NCBI GenBank assembly: GCA_963841915.1
Contig: CAWJEN010000003.1
Span: 96,001 to 160,000, forward strand
Source of the DNA: an uncultured Planctomycetota bacterium
GTDB lineage: Bacteria > Planctomycetota > Phycisphaerae > Tepidisphaerales > Tepidisphaeraceae
Direction: 5' to 3'
DNA: 64,000 nucleotides
In this document: in pieces, positions 1 through 14,286 of the stretch
How positions within the stretch are numbered: the stretch's first letter is position 1
Layout: each line of letters starts with the position of its first letter
The notes under the pieces: generated by a model
The model's database searches: none
What the model was told of the DNA's origin: nothing
What the model saw: the letters and a program-made list of their open reading frames with translations, nothing else
Made by a program: the position numbers and the translations under genes

Positions 1-558
1 GCTGCTTGGATTCCCGTACGCGATAAGTTGGGCCCGAACGAAGCTCCGTCGCCTGAGCTGATGTCGCAGGTCGACGACGTGCCGGTGCAAGCGTCGGTGG
101 ATGTGGGCGATTCGAGCGTCCGCCTGCTTGCCGTCGGCACACCGCGGGAGGAGAACCTGCTTCGGCAATTTGAGCAGATTGAACGTCGCCGGCAAATGCG
201 TCAGGCGCGTCGACAGGCGGGGGCGATGCAGCAGGAGGCCGACAGGCCCGCACCTGAACTGGCGATGATTCGGCTCGTGATCGAGATCCAGGCGGACGAC
301 CCGCAGGTGCTGCGGTCCTCGCTCGGCAACTTGAGGATGCAGGACGCCGACGGCCGCACGTGGCAGCTTGTGAATCAGGATCAGGAACACGGCGGACCTG
401 CCGACGTCGATCCCACAACGCAGCGGCTGAGCCTCACGTTCGCCGACTGGTCAGGGCAGGCCGGTGCGCCGGTCCGAGTGGAATGGGTTATTCCGTCGGC
501 GACGCGGACGCTGACGGTGCCGTTCGTCTTCGAGGACGTAGCCCTTCCCAAGCCATGA
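1..558 (+). CDS. hypothetical protein, 5'-truncated by window edge
   Basis: Frame is open from position 1 to the TGA ending at 558; ends in a beta-rich '..TLTVPFVFEDVALP'; no family recognised. Confidence 0.6.
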   Translation, partial: AAWIPVRDKLGPNEAPSPELMSQVDDVPVQASVDVGDSSVRLLAVGTPREENLLRQFEQIERRRQMRQARRQAGAMQQEADRPAPELAMIRLVIEIQADDPQVLRSSLGNLRMQDADGRTWQLVNQDQEHGGPADVDPTTQRLSLTFADWSGQAGAPVRVEWVIPSATRTLTVPFVFEDVALPKP

Positions 559-609
559 CGTCACTAGTCGTTCTGGTGCCTGCCCTGGCAAGCTGTTAAG
601 GTGCGGGTG

Positions 610-1830
610 ATGACGAAGGCCCCGTTTTTTCTGGCACTTTCACTGGCGGCTGGCCCGACGCTGGCGCAGGTCACACCGGCCGACGAGTCACGTGAACCAA
701 CCACGACCAGGCAGCCGGCCACCAGAGAGCCGCTGACGGACGCGACCATCTCCAGGTTGCTCGACGAGTCGATCGACCTGTCGTTGACGAGCCAGGCGCT
801 GCCGGACGTGCTGGCCGCCATCTCGCAGCAAACGGGCGTGCCGTTCGAGGTGCCGGACGAGACATACCAACGGCTGCCTTACGGCGCGCAAACGCCGATC
901 AGCGTCAACGTCACTGCGACGCCTCTGCGGCAAACGCTGTCGGCCATTACGCAGCGTCTGGGTCTTCGCTACGTGCCGCGGGATGGCAAGGTGACGCTTC
1001 GACCGCTGCCAGCACTTGAGCGGATGGGCAGGCGGGCAACGGTCCCAGAAGTGGCGATGCTGGACCTGCTCAACACGGTCCCGCTCGACCTCGTCGAGGA
1101 GCGGCCCACAGCGTCACAGATTCTCGGGCAGATCGACCTGCGGCTGCAGGCGATCGATGACGAGGCTCGAAAGGCGGGGCGGCCGACGCCCGGATACGTG
1201 GTAGAAAATCGGATTCCCGAAGGCCTGAGCGAGCGACCGGTGTTCATCGCCCGTGACGCCACCCTCGCCGCCGCGGCGGAAGCCATTGCCTTGCAGACAG
1301 CCTCGACGTGGTACCCAAGCGACCGCAAGCTCGTCGTGCTGCCGAAGGAGCAGTGGGTGCTGGAGATGCTGGAGAAGCCGGTCAGCCTCGCCTACGACAC
1401 GGTCGAGCTGCAGCAGGTCATCGACGACCTCGAGCGGATGGCAGGGCTGCCGTTCAGGATTGAACCTGGGGCGCTGGCCAAGGTCGAGAAGCGCTTCCAG
1501 AAGGTTCGCCTGTTTCTTGAGGACAAGACCGTCCGCCAAGCGCTCGAGAGCATTGGCGGCGTCAGCGGTCTTGCGTGGGAGGTCGATGGCGACGGCATCT
1601 ACCTGTGGCACGTCGACGGGGACGGCGACCAGCGACGCCCGCGCACGCCGTTGCTCGGCTTCAGAAACACGGAGCAACCGGTGCTGCTTGTCGACTTGGG
1701 CGACGGCACATCCTTGCTGGTTTACGAGAGCGAATTGCCTCGCGAGGCACGCGAGCGGCTCGAGCGACGACGCCGTGAAGCCGTCGATGCCATCGTCCGC
1801 GACCGGCCGACGACGCAGCCTGCCGACTAA
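610..1830 (+). CDS. exported protein with repeated STN/secretin-N-like domains
   Basis: Signal peptide (..AGPTLA-Q); two repeats of the type 'L...I.L......L.DVL..I....G.PF' and 'V.L......LRQ.L..I....GL'; ATG 610 follows TAAGGT at 597-602. Confidence 0.6.
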   Translation: MTKAPFFLALSLAAGPTLAQVTPADESREPTTTRQPATREPLTDATISRLLDESIDLSLTSQALPDVLAAISQQTGVPFEVPDETYQRLPYGAQTPISVNVTATPLRQTLSAITQRLGLRYVPRDGKVTLRPLPALERMGRRATVPEVAMLDLLNTVPLDLVEERPTASQILGQIDLRLQAIDDEARKAGRPTPGYVVENRIPEGLSERPVFIARDATLAAAAEAIALQTASTWYPSDRKLVVLPKEQWVLEMLEKPVSLAYDTVELQQVIDDLERMAGLPFRIEPGALAKVEKRFQKVRLFLEDKTVRQALESIGGVSGLAWEVDGDGIYLWHVDGDGDQRRPRTPLLGFRNTEQPVLLVDLGDGTSLLVYESELPREARERLERRRREAVDAIVRDRPTTQPAD

Positions 1831-3461
1831 GCGCCGCGGCGGCGCTTGAAGGTATTAATCAACGCGTTGGTGCTGCTGTCGTGGCTGCTGACTTCTTCGT
1901 TACCTGCCAATTCGGGCAGAATGGCTTTGGCCAGTTGCTTGCCGAGCTCGACGCCCCACTGGTCGAAGCTGTTGACGTCCCAGATGATGCCCTGAACGAA
2001 GATCTTGTGCTCATAGAGGGCGACAAGCTGCCCAAGCGTGTGCGGCGTCAGTCGGTCGAACAAGATGCTCGTCGTCGGCCGGTTCCCGGGGAACGTCTTG
2101 TGAGCGACGAGTGCTTCGTCGGCACCGTCGCCCAGCTCGGCCCGGACCTGGTCGGGCGTCTTGCCAACCATGAGCGCTTCGGTCTGTGCGAAGAAGTTGG
2201 CGAGCAGCTTCTCGTGATGATCGCCCGTCGGATTCTGGCTGATGGCCGGGGCGAGGAAGTCACAAGGCACGGGTTTGGTGCCTTGGTGGATGAGCTGGTA
2301 AAAGCTGTGCTGGCCGTTCGTGCCGGGTTCGCCCCACAGGATCGGGCCGGTGGTGTAGCCGTCGACGGGGTTGCCGTCGCGTCGGGTCCGCTTGCCGTTG
2401 GACTCCATGTCGGCCTGCTGGAGGTAGGCCGGGAAGCGTCGCATGTACTGGTCGTACGGCAGGACAGCGTGCGTGTCGTACCCGAAGAAGTTGTTGTACC
2501 AAACGCCCAGGGCGCCCAGCAGCACCGGCAGATTGTCGGCCAGCGGCGTGGTGCGGAAGTGCTCATCGACGTCAAACGCGCCGCCGAGAAAGTCCTCGAA
2601 CGAATCCATGCCGACGTAGAGCGCGACAGGCAGACCGATGGCGGACCAGACGCTGTATCGACCGCCGACCCAGTCGTCGAACTCGAACATGTTGGCCGTG
2701 TCGATGCCGAAAGCCTCTACACCCTTGGCGTTCGTGCTGACGGCTACGAAGTGCTTCGACACGTCACCGCGACCGTCGGTCTTCTCGTTGAACCACGACT
2801 TGGCCGTGTCTGCATTCGTGAGGGTCTCCTGCGTCGTGAACGTCTTGCTGGCGATGATGAAGAGCGTCGTCTCCGGGTCGAGACGGCTGAGTGTTTCGGT
2901 GATGTCGGTGCCGTCGACATTGCTGACGAAGTGCATGCGCAGCTGCCGATTGCCGTAGGGCTTGAGTGCCTCGCAGGCCATTGCGGGTCCCAGGTCGCTG
3001 CCACCGATGCCGATGTTGATGATATCGCGAACCTTCTTGCCGGTGGTCCCGGTCCAGTCACCGGTGCGAACGCGGTCGACAAACCTGCGCATCTTCTCGA
3101 GCGTTTGGCGGACCCGCGGCATGACATCTTGGCCGTCGACCATGATCGGCCGATCCGAGCGATTGCGGAGCGCCACGTGCAGCACGCTGCGGCCCTCGGT
3201 CAGGTTGATCGCTTCGCCGTCAAACATGCGGTCGCGCATCGTCTCGACGCCCGCCTCCTCGGCCAGCTTGACGAGCAGGTCGAGCGTCTCGTCGACGATG
3301 CGGTGCTTCGAGAAGTCGATGTAAAGGCCCAGCGATTGTCGGCAGAATCGTGTCGCCCGGTCCGGATCATCGCGGAACAGGTCACGCATCTGCAGACCTT
3401 CCACCTGCTTGAAGTGGTCGGTGAGCTTCGTCCAAGCGTCGAGCTGGGTCGGGTTCGGCAT
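1827..3461 (-). CDS. pgi: glucose-6-phosphate isomerase
   Basis: Motifs [58 protein letters not shown]; start placed at MPNPTQL. Confidence 0.97.
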   Translation of the reverse strand: MPNPTQLDAWTKLTDHFKQVEGLQMRDLFRDDPDRATRFCRQSLGLYIDFSKHRIVDETLDLLVKLAEEAGVETMRDRMFDGEAINLTEGRSVLHVALRNRSDRPIMVDGQDVMPRVRQTLEKMRRFVDRVRTGDWTGTTGKKVRDIINIGIGGSDLGPAMACEALKPYGNRQLRMHFVSNVDGTDITETLSRLDPETTLFIIASKTFTTQETLTNADTAKSWFNEKTDGRGDVSKHFVAVSTNAKGVEAFGIDTANMFEFDDWVGGRYSVWSAIGLPVALYVGMDSFEDFLGGAFDVDEHFRTTPLADNLPVLLGALGVWYNNFFGYDTHAVLPYDQYMRRFPAYLQQADMESNGKRTRRDGNPVDGYTTGPILWGEPGTNGQHSFYQLIHQGTKPVPCDFLAPAISQNPTGDHHEKLLANFFAQTEALMVGKTPDQVRAELGDGADEALVAHKTFPGNRPTTSILFDRLTPHTLGQLVALYEHKIFVQGIIWDVNSFDQWGVELGKQLAKAILPELAGNEEVSSHDSSTNALINTFKRRRGA

Positions 3462-3474
3462 GGCGTCAGGGTAG

Positions 3475-6368
<2,894 letters not shown>

Positions 6369-6406
6369 AAAAGATGTTGTAGTCAACGCTGACGATGATG
6401 ACCAAC

Positions 6407-6437
6407 GCAAAGCACCCGGCCGACCTGGCCGGGTGCT
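6407..6437 (-). terminator. probable intrinsic terminator downstream of ugd
   Basis: Perfect 11-bp stem AGCACCCGGCC (6411-6421) / GGCCGGGTGCT (6427-6437), with a short T tract on the minus strand. Confidence 0.6.
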
Positions 6438-6463
6438 GAACGATGTTCATTTTGCAAGAATGT

Positions 6464-7894
6464 TCAGGCCGCTTCGGACTCGGCACCGGCGGCACCTTCG
6501 GCCGTCTTAGCACTGGCCGGCTTGCCGCCGGGCTGGACCTCGGGGCGGCCCATCGGGTAGTACTCGATGCCGTTCCGCTTCATGTCCGTGCGGTGGAGGC
6601 AGTTGCGGCCGTCGAAGATGAGCGGCTTGTTCATGACGCCCTTGATCTTGCTGTAATCGAGCGTCTCGAAGATGAGCCAGTCGGTGCAAATCGCAACTGC
6701 ATCGGCACCTGTTGCGGCCCGGACCGGGTCGACGCACCACTCCACGCCTTCGGGGAACAGCTCACGCATGTTGTCGACGGCCTTGGGGTCGTAGGCCTTG
6801 ACTTTGACGCCCTCGGCGATGAGGTGCTTGATGACGTCGATGGCCGTCGACTCGCGTATGTCGTCAGTGTCAGCTTTGAAGGCCAAACCCCAGACGGCGA
6901 CAGTCGCACCCTTGGCAGAGCGGCCGAGCTTGTCCGTGATCTTCTTGGCAAACCGTTCCTTCTGGTAGTTGTTCGTGTCGATGATCGCACTGACGAACTT
7001 GTTCTCGTACCCAGCAGCCTTGGAGATGTGCTCCATCGCGGCGACGTCCTTCGGGAAGCACGAGCCGCCGTAACCGCAACCTGCACGCAGAAAGGCCGGG
7101 CCGATCCGCTTGTCGCTGCCCATGCCACGACGAATCGCCTCGATGTCAGCACCGTAGTGCTCACAAAGAATCGTCAGTTCGTTCATGAAACTGATGCGGG
7201 CGGCCAGCATCGTGTTGGCGGCGTACTTCGTCAGCTCGGCCGACTCCCAGTTCATGACGAACCAGCAGTTGGGGTTACCGGCCTTGATCTGCTCGCGCAG
7301 GATCGGGTCGTAAAGCTGGTGCACCTGCTGGGCTTCGGGAGCCTCGGGCTCGCCGCTCTCGCAGCCGATGACGACGCGGTCAGGCCGCAGGAAGTCGTCG
7401 ACAGCCGTGCCTTCCTTGAGGAACTCGGGATTGCTCACGACGCGGACGTTCGCGTTGGTGTGCTCCTTGAGGTACGCGCTGAGCTTGCGATTGGTGCCGG
7501 CCGGGACGGTCGACTTGACGATGATGGTGACCATGTCACCGGCGCGATCGCTTGAACGCTTTTCGAGCGCCTCGCAGACCTCGCGGCCGGCGGTTTCGAG
7601 GAAGGTCATGTCGACGGTGCCGTCTTCCTTGGGCGGCGTGCCGACGGCGAGGAACACGACCTGTGCATCCTCGACGGCCTCGGCGACGTCACCCGTGAAG
7701 CTCAGGCGGTTCTCACGGAGGTTCTCGGTCATGCGTTCGGCCAAGCCTGGCTCGAAGATTGGGCACTCACCGGCTAACAGCTTCTCGAGCTTCTTGGGCA
7801 TCTTCTCGACGCCGCGAATGGTGTGGCCGATGGAAGCCAGGCAGGTGCCTGTGACGAGGCCGACGTATCCGCAGCCGATGACGGTGACATGCAT
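6464..7894 (-). CDS. ugd: UDP-glucose 6-dehydrogenase
   Basis: GCGYVG Rossmann motif, KSTVP, SNPEFLKEG, GYGGSCFPKD, GLAFKADTDDIRES, DGRN. Confidence 0.95.
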   Translation of the reverse strand: MHVTVIGCGYVGLVTGTCLASIGHTIRGVEKMPKKLEKLLAGECPIFEPGLAERMTENLRENRLSFTGDVAEAVEDAQVVFLAVGTPPKEDGTVDMTFLETAGREVCEALEKRSSDRAGDMVTIIVKSTVPAGTNRKLSAYLKEHTNANVRVVSNPEFLKEGTAVDDFLRPDRVVIGCESGEPEAPEAQQVHQLYDPILREQIKAGNPNCWFVMNWESAELTKYAANTMLAARISFMNELTILCEHYGADIEAIRRGMGSDKRIGPAFLRAGCGYGGSCFPKDVAAMEHISKAAGYENKFVSAIIDTNNYQKERFAKKITDKLGRSAKGATVAVWGLAFKADTDDIRESTAIDVIKHLIAEGVKVKAYDPKAVDNMRELFPEGVEWCVDPVRAATGADAVAICTDWLIFETLDYSKIKGVMNKPLIFDGRNCLHRTDMKRNGIEYYPMGRPEVQPGGKPASAKTAEGAAGAESEAA

Positions 7895-8116
7895 GTTCTT
7901 AGAGTCCTGTTCCGGCGTCGCCGGTTGCGTGTTGATTCGTGAGGTGAGGTGCCGAGGCGGACGCCTGGCGATGCCGCAGGCGATGATCGGCGGTGCCGAT
8001 TACAACGACTGCATCGGCCGAGCGGGGCAGCATCATGAGACACGTTTGCACCGCGGGCGAGCGAGACAGCTTACCGGACCTGTTGATGAAGGTGAAGCCG
8101 ATCCGTTATCTTCGAT

Positions 8117-9517
8117 TTAGACCGCGACCTCTTGCCGCACCGGAGGCGCTTCGCCTTCAGGCCTTGCTGGTACGGCTGGTGGTGTTGCCGGTTCGTCGTC
8201 AGTGCGGTCCGGTGAGACCCGCTCGTGGATCATGCCGATCTTGTACGCCGCGACGATGATGCTGCCGAACAGCACCATGTAGAAAGCCACCGCGTACCGC
8301 GTGCGGAAGTAGACGAGCATCGCCCCCGCTGCGACAAAGAAGATGGTCAGCCCGTAGCTCAGCACCACCGCACGCCGAACAGTCAGGCCGCGGGCGATGA
8401 GCTGGTGGTGAAAGTGGTGCTTGTCGGCACTGAACAGAGGCCGACCTGCCGTCCATCGTCTTGCAAATGCCAAGGCCGTGTCGAGCACAGGCAGGCTGAA
8501 CATGACGAGCCCGCCGAGCATCCACTTGGACCCGACATCCCCGATGAGCAGGATCATCGTCGCAATGACGAAACCCATCAGCAGGCTGCCGGCGTCGCCC
8601 ATGAAGATGCTGGCTGGGTTGAAGTTGAACGGTAAAAATCCGAGCACGGCTCCGAACAGCGCCAGTGACAGCGCAAGCCGCACCGCGTCGTCGTTTGCAC
8701 GATCGATCGGCCCGCCGATCGCAAGATTCGCCGCGACGAAGACCAGCCCGGCGGCGATGATCGCCGTCACGCCGCCACACAGCCCGTCGAGCCCGTCCAT
8801 GAGGTTGCTGGCGTTGCAGCAAAAGACGACGAGTCCAACCACAAAGAAGCTGCTCGCCGCGACGATGACGCCGACCTCGACCTGCTCGGGCACCGCAATG
8901 CTGAGGTTCACGTGCAGCCACTCGAAGACGAAGGCGGTGGGCTCACGCAGCACGTCGCTGCCAATCCCGAACGCGAGCAACGCAATTGCAGCGGCAACTT
9001 GTCCGAGAATCTTGAGCTTCGGCCGCACGCCGACCAGATCATCAAGTAGTCCGAGCAGCGTAATGATGGTCGCACCAGCCACAATCGGTATCGGTATCTG
9101 CACAAGCCCCCTCAAAGCCGGGACTTCACTGAAGGCTGACCCAAAGGTCAGCCCGGCGATCAGGCCCACGAAGATCGCAACGCCGCCAAGGTAAGCGACG
9201 GGACGCGTGTGCAGCTTCCTGCCGCCGTCAGGCTGATCGATGACGCCGTAGGCGATAGCGACGTTCCGCATGATGGGCGTGAACACCCAAGCAAATGCGA
9301 AGGCCGCACAAAACACGATCACGAACGGGCTGAGCACCGCGTCGTAACTCAGGTCACGCGGTGCCGACTCCATGACCGGCGGGTCGGCCTGCAGGGTCTC
9401 GCTGAGCAAAGCCTCGATATCAACCGACCCCGCGCCACGCGGGTCCAGCACCGGCAGCTCGAAGGGAGCGGCGGGATCAAAAGGGGGGGCGGGTTGTGTG
9501 GTCGCAGTATCGGCCAC
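8117..9517 (-). CDS. MraY/WecA-family polyprenyl-phosphate N-acetylhexosamine-1-phosphate transferase
   Basis: GLLDD, NLMDGLDGL, NFNPASIFMGDAGS, DKHHFHH; multiple TM helices. Confidence 0.92.
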   Translation of the reverse strand: MADTATTQPAPPFDPAAPFELPVLDPRGAGSVDIEALLSETLQADPPVMESAPRDLSYDAVLSPFVIVFCAAFAFAWVFTPIMRNVAIAYGVIDQPDGGRKLHTRPVAYLGGVAIFVGLIAGLTFGSAFSEVPALRGLVQIPIPIVAGATIITLLGLLDDLVGVRPKLKILGQVAAAIALLAFGIGSDVLREPTAFVFEWLHVNLSIAVPEQVEVGVIVAASSFFVVGLVVFCCNASNLMDGLDGLCGGVTAIIAAGLVFVAANLAIGGPIDRANDDAVRLALSLALFGAVLGFLPFNFNPASIFMGDAGSLLMGFVIATMILLIGDVGSKWMLGGLVMFSLPVLDTALAFARRWTAGRPLFSADKHHFHHQLIARGLTVRRAVVLSYGLTIFFVAAGAMLVYFRTRYAVAFYMVLFGSIIVAAYKIGMIHERVSPDRTDDEPATPPAVPARPEGEAPPVRQEVAV

Positions 9518-9650
9518 GGCTAGTCAATGTATCCGACTCGGAACCGCCTCGCGTTTGCGCGAAGGTGTTGTACGACGCATCTGCCGTGTTATCGGGCGTG
9601 ACAGCGGTCGAGTCGCGTGATGCGGCATCTTCGGTAGGCTGTGGCTGCCG

Positions 9651-11811
9651 ATGCACCCGCTCCTGATCGCAGCCCTCTCCGCCGTCGCTTTTATTGCAGC
9701 GTACGTCACGTACGGCCGCTGGCTCGGGACGAAAGTCTTCCGTCTTGCAGCCGGCAACGTCGTGCCGAGCCACGCCTTTGCCGACGGCAACGACTACGTG
9801 GCGACCAAGAAGAGCGTCGTCTTCGGCCACCACTTCACGAGCATCGCCGGCACCGGCCCCATCGTCGGGCCGGCAATCGCCATCATGTACGGGTGGGTGC
9901 CGGCGCTCCTGTGGGTGATTCTCGGCAGCATCTTCATCGGGGCCGTGCACGACTTCGGGTCGCTCGTCGTCAGCCTGCGCAACGGCGGTCGCAGCGTCGG
10001 CGACATCGCCGGCGACGTCATCAACAAGCGGACGCGCCTGTTGTTCCTGTGCGTCCTGTTCCTGTGCCTCCTGATCGTCATCGCGATCTTCGGCCTCGTC
10101 ATCGCCGCCGTCTTCAAGCAGTACCCGGCGGCGATCTTCCCGTGCGTCGTGCAGGTGCCGATCGCCGTCATCATCGGCCTGTGGCTGCACCGCCGCGGCG
10201 TGTCGCTCACGCTGCCGTCGATCCTGGCGCTGGCGACGATGTACGCCACCACCTTTTTCGGCGACGTCGGCTACCTGCACACGTTCAACGAAGCCCTGGC
10301 GGCGTGGCCGAACTGGCTGTGGATCGCCGTCCTGCTCGCCTACGGCTTTGTCGCCAGCGTCCTGCCGGTCTGGACGCTCCTGCAGCCACGCGACTACATC
10401 AACTCCCTGCAGCTGCTCTCGGCCATCGGCCTGATCGCAGTCGGCCTCGTCGCCGCCAGCCTGTTCGGCGGTGCCCCGCCCGTCGAAGGGGCGGAGCGAG
10501 TGCGAGCTGCAGATGGTCGCCCCGGCGGTGAACCTGGAGCCGGCCGACGCGCCGCCGATCTGGCCGTTCCTGTTCGTAACGATCGCCTGCGGGGCGTGCA
10601 GCGGGTTCCACTGCCTCGTCAGCAGCGGCACGAGCAGCAAGCAGCTCGAGCGAGAGCCCGACGCCCGGTTCGTCGGCTACGGGGCGATGCTGACGGAGGG
10701 GTTCTTGGCGGTGCTGGTGATCCTCGCCTGCGGGGCAGGGCTCGGGCTGGGCGGATCCCATGAGGTTGGTCAAAAGGTTTCTGTCAACAGAGCTGGCGAG
10801 TCGGTGCGAGGCCACGGATGGCCCGTTCATCCTCCTAGCATTCCGCAATTCGTGGAGAAGACAGAACTTGTCAAGAGCGAGGACGGGCGTTGGCTTGAGG
10901 TTCCTCCGCGCGGGACATTTGACCCCCACGTATCGACGCGTAGGTTCATCGAGCTCTCAGACTCTGACGTGCAGCAACGTTTCGGATTTGCGGTACCGCA
11001 AGCCACGGCGATTTCAGAGCCGACAACGCTTGTCACGGCCGGCACATTTGCCTTCGAAACTCAGTATAAGTCTTGGCGATCCGCCGACGGCCTTGGGGCG
11101 AAGGTGGGGGCGTTCGTGACGGGGGCGGGCAATTTCACCGCCGCCGCCGGTATGCCGCGCTCTGGGGGACGGCCCTGATGGCCGTGCTCGTGGCCAGCTT
11201 CGCCCTGACCACCCTCGACACCGCCGTCCGGCTCCAGCGGTACGTCGTCGAAGAACTGATCGGAACCTTCACGTCCGCTCGAAAGCTCCCCGCGAGCCCC
11301 GACCGTCAGGGAGGGGAGGACTGGGCGGGTCGCTCCCCAGAACCCCGGCCTCACGGTTGGGGCTCGCGATCAGTCTCGGTTGGTGCCACCGGCATCGCTG
11401 TGGTTACAGGCGGCGCGATGGCCGCCATACCGGCGTCGGGCGAGTGGACGCTGGCGGGCATCGGGACGGGCGGCATGATCCTGTGGCCGCTGTTCGGAGC
11501 GACCAACCAGCTGCTCGCCGGCATCGCCTTCGCCGTGATCCTGTTCTACCTGCGAAGGCGGCAGAATCGCGACGTGGTTCCTCGTGCCGCCGATGCTGTT
11601 CATGCTCGTCATGCCGGCGTGGGCGACCATCGTTCAGCTGCCCGAGTGGTGGCAGGGCGAGAGGTACGTCCTGGCGGCGATTGCCGGGGCATGTTTGACA
11701 CTGGAGACGTGGATGGTCGTGGAAGCCGCCTTGCTCTACGGCCGGGTCAAAGGCGTGGAAGTTGACGAAGAACGTCGCGGCTTCGAGGTGGTTGCGTCGT
11801 CACCCGATTGA
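9651..11811 (+). pseudogene. cstA: carbon starvation protein CstA (peptide/pyruvate transporter), split by three apparent 1-nt frameshifts (pseudogene or sequencing error)
   Basis: FGHHFTSIAGTGPIVGP and LLQPRDYIN (frame of 9651); [13 protein letters not shown] and GYGAMLTEG (frame of 10471); FALTTLDTA and WPLFGATNQL (frame of 11073); final TM helices (frame of 11584). Frame switches near 10500, 11158 and 11565. Confidence 0.85.
11291..11368. repeat. 78-bp palindromic REP-like element inside cstA
   Basis: Arms CGCGAGCCCCGACCGTCAGGGAGGGG (11291-11316) and CCCCGGCCTCACGGTTGGGGCTCGCG (11343-11368) match at 22/26 as an inverted repeat. Confidence 0.75.
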
Positions 11812-11822
11812 ACCACGCCGCC

Positions 11823-12791
11823 TTACTTCCGCCGATCGGCGACCACCGTGGCGATGATCGCGTCCAGATCGTGCGTCGCCTCGAAACCGACCGCCGCCTT
11901 CACGCGGGACAGGTCCGGCACGCGGCGCGGCACGTCTTCGAAGCTTTGCCCATAGACCCGCTCATACGGCACCGTTTCGATGCTGCCACTGCCCACCTGA
12001 TCGACGACGCGTCGGGCGAGTTCGCCGATGGTCACCTCTTCGTCGCCGCCCACGTTGAAGACACGGCCGACGGCGGTTGGCTCGCCTAGCAGGGCGACGA
12101 GACAGCGCACGACGTCCTTGACATGGCAGAAGCATCGCGTCTGCTGCCCGTCTCCGGTGACCAGCAGCGTTTCACCGGCGATGGCTTTGTCGACGAAGCG
12201 GGGCAGCACCATGCCGTAGTGCCCGACCTGCCGCGGCCCGACCGTATTGAACAGCCGCACGACAACGGCCGGCAAATCGAACTGCTTGTGGTACGCAAGC
12301 GCGAGAAACTCGTCGATCCCCTTGGCGTAGGCGTAGCACCAGCGGGCGTGAAGCGTCGGGCCGATGGCGATATCGTCGTCTTCGCTGAACGGCACCCTCG
12401 TGCCCTTGCCGTACACCTCACTGGAGCTGGTGACGAGCACCGGCCTTCGCCAGCGGTTGCAGGCCTCCAGCACGACCTCGGTGCCGTGAACGATGGAGCG
12501 GATCGTCCGCACCGGCTCATCGGCAATGAGTTGCACACCAACGGCGGCAGCGAGATGAAAAACGGCATCACAGTCGCTGATCACCAGATTCACCGTCTGT
12601 GCATCTTCGACGGTGCCGCGGATGAGGCTGAAGCGGTCTCGCCGCTCGGGGTGCTCGAGCAGATGGCGGATGTTGTCGAGGCTGCCGGTCGTGAAGTCAT
12701 CGAGTGCGACGACACTGTGCCCGTCGGCGAGCAAATGCTCGGCGAGGTGACTGCCAATAAAGCCGGCCCCGCCGGTGATGAGGTAACGCAT
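11823..12791 (-). CDS. NAD-dependent nucleotide-sugar epimerase/dehydratase
   Basis: TGGAGFIGSH, HLAA, SSSEVYG, YAYAK (YxxxK), RLFNTVGPRQ. Confidence 0.92.
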   Translation of the reverse strand: MRYLITGGAGFIGSHLAEHLLADGHSVVALDDFTTGSLDNIRHLLEHPERRDRFSLIRGTVEDAQTVNLVISDCDAVFHLAAAVGVQLIADEPVRTIRSIVHGTEVVLEACNRWRRPVLVTSSSEVYGKGTRVPFSEDDDIAIGPTLHARWCYAYAKGIDEFLALAYHKQFDLPAVVVRLFNTVGPRQVGHYGMVLPRFVDKAIAGETLLVTGDGQQTRCFCHVKDVVRCLVALLGEPTAVGRVFNVGGDEEVTIGELARRVVDQVGSGSIETVPYERVYGQSFEDVPRRVPDLSRVKAAVGFEATHDLDAIIATVVADRRK

Positions 12792-12818
12792 CGTTTGCGA
12801 CGGTACGGCCTTGACCTT

Positions 12819-14210
12819 CTACGTCAGGTCGTACTCCTTGATCTTGCGATACAACGTCCGCTCGCCGATGCCAAGGATCTTGGCGGCCCGCTCGCGGTTG
12901 CCTTCGGTGAGCTTGAGCGTGTTGCGGATGAGTTCGACCTCGGCCTGTTCAATGGAGATGCCGACAAGGCCATCGATGCCGCCGGCGTCGGACGTGGTGG
13001 GGCGGGTGGCTAGCTCCGGAGGCAGCGCGTCGGCGTCGAGCGTGTCGCCCGTCGTCATGACGATCATGTTATCGACTGCGCTCTTGAGTTGACGCACATT
13101 GCCCTGCCAGCTCGCAGCCATGAAGGCCTGCTGTACCTCCGGGGCGATCTTGTCGATCTCGCGCCCGTACTGCTCTGCGGCCCGGCGGACGAAAAAGTGC
13201 AACAGCAGCGGAATGTCTTCGCGTCGCTCCCGCAACGGTGGCAATTGCAGCGTCACGCCTTTGATACGGAAATACAGGTCCTCGCGAAAGTCTCGATCCG
13301 CGACCATCTTCTCGATGTCACGGTTCGTGGCCGAGACGATGCGGACGTCGACCTGCCGCGGTTCATTGTCTCCAAGGCGGACGACCTCGCCGTTCTCCAA
13401 GACGCGCAGCAGCTTGGCCTGCATCGAGGCCGGCATGTCACCGATCTCGTCGAGGAACAGCGTGCCGCCGTCTGCGTGTTCGAAGCGGCCGGGGCGGTCG
13501 GACTGTGCTCCGGTGAAAGCGCCCTTGACATGGCCAAACAGCTCGTCTTCGAGAATACTCTCGCTCAGGCCGGCACAATTAAGGGCGACGAGCCGCTGCT
13601 TTCTGCGATCGCTGTGATTGTGGATCGCCCGGGAGACGAGCTCTTTGCCCGTCCCGCTCTCACCGAGAATAAGAACGGGAATCTGGCTCCGTGCGACCTG
13701 CTTTGCCGTCTGGACGATCCGCTTGATCGCCGGTGAGTTGCCGACGATGCCTTCGAAGCCGCTGTCTTCGACGGAAATTTCAGCCAGCTCTACCTCGAGT
13801 GCCTGGTTGCGGCGACGCAGCTTCGCCTTCTCCGCCGCCCGGCCGACTTGGGCACGAAAGTCGTCAAGGTCGAGCGGCTTGGTGATGTAGTCGTAGACGC
13901 CCTCGCGAATCGCCTCCTTGCTCGTCGGCACGTCGTTGACCGCTGTCACCAGAATCACCGGCGGCGGTTCTTCGAGCGCTCGCGCCGTCTTCAGCACTTC
14001 AAGCCCATCGCGGTCGTTGTCCATCCGCAGATCGGTCACGACGACGTCGTACCGCTTGCGCTTGAGGAACTTCTGAGCGTCTTCCAGCGAGTGGCCGATG
14101 TCGCAGTCGCACTTTTGACGCTGAAGCGCCTCACACATGACTTCTGCGTGGTCGACTTCGTCGTCAATCACCAGCACCCGCGTCGGTCGCTCGTCACCTG
14201 TATCTGCCAT
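12819..14210 (-). CDS. sigma-54-dependent NtrC-family response regulator
   Basis: Receiver domain (DD..TDLRM..KP), [26 protein letters not shown], Fis-type HTH. Confidence 0.95.
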   Translation of the reverse strand: MADTGDERPTRVLVIDDEVDHAEVMCEALQRQKCDCDIGHSLEDAQKFLKRKRYDVVVTDLRMDNDRDGLEVLKTARALEEPPPVILVTAVNDVPTSKEAIREGVYDYITKPLDLDDFRAQVGRAAEKAKLRRRNQALEVELAEISVEDSGFEGIVGNSPAIKRIVQTAKQVARSQIPVLILGESGTGKELVSRAIHNHSDRRKQRLVALNCAGLSESILEDELFGHVKGAFTGAQSDRPGRFEHADGGTLFLDEIGDMPASMQAKLLRVLENGEVVRLGDNEPRQVDVRIVSATNRDIEKMVADRDFREDLYFRIKGVTLQLPPLRERREDIPLLLHFFVRRAAEQYGREIDKIAPEVQQAFMAASWQGNVRQLKSAVDNMIVMTTGDTLDADALPPELATRPTTSDAGGIDGLVGISIEQAEVELIRNTLKLTEGNRERAAKILGIGERTLYRKIKEYDLT

Positions 14211-14237
14211 GCGTCGTAGAGCCTATCGCACCAACGG

Positions 14238-14267
14238 AGGACGCCGAAGCACAAGCCTCGGCGTCCT
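14238..14267 (-). terminator. hairpin downstream of PEP-CTERM gene (possible terminator)
   Basis: 10-bp stem AGGACGCCGA / TCGGCGTCCT; weak T tract. Confidence 0.45.
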
Positions 14268-14286
14268 TGAAGATCTCTGGATGGTT

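Noticed and set aside
10490..11575. Programmed ribosomal frameshifting or phase variation in cstA
   Set aside because: No slippery heptamer or simple-sequence tract at the sites; three shifts in one gene is implausible
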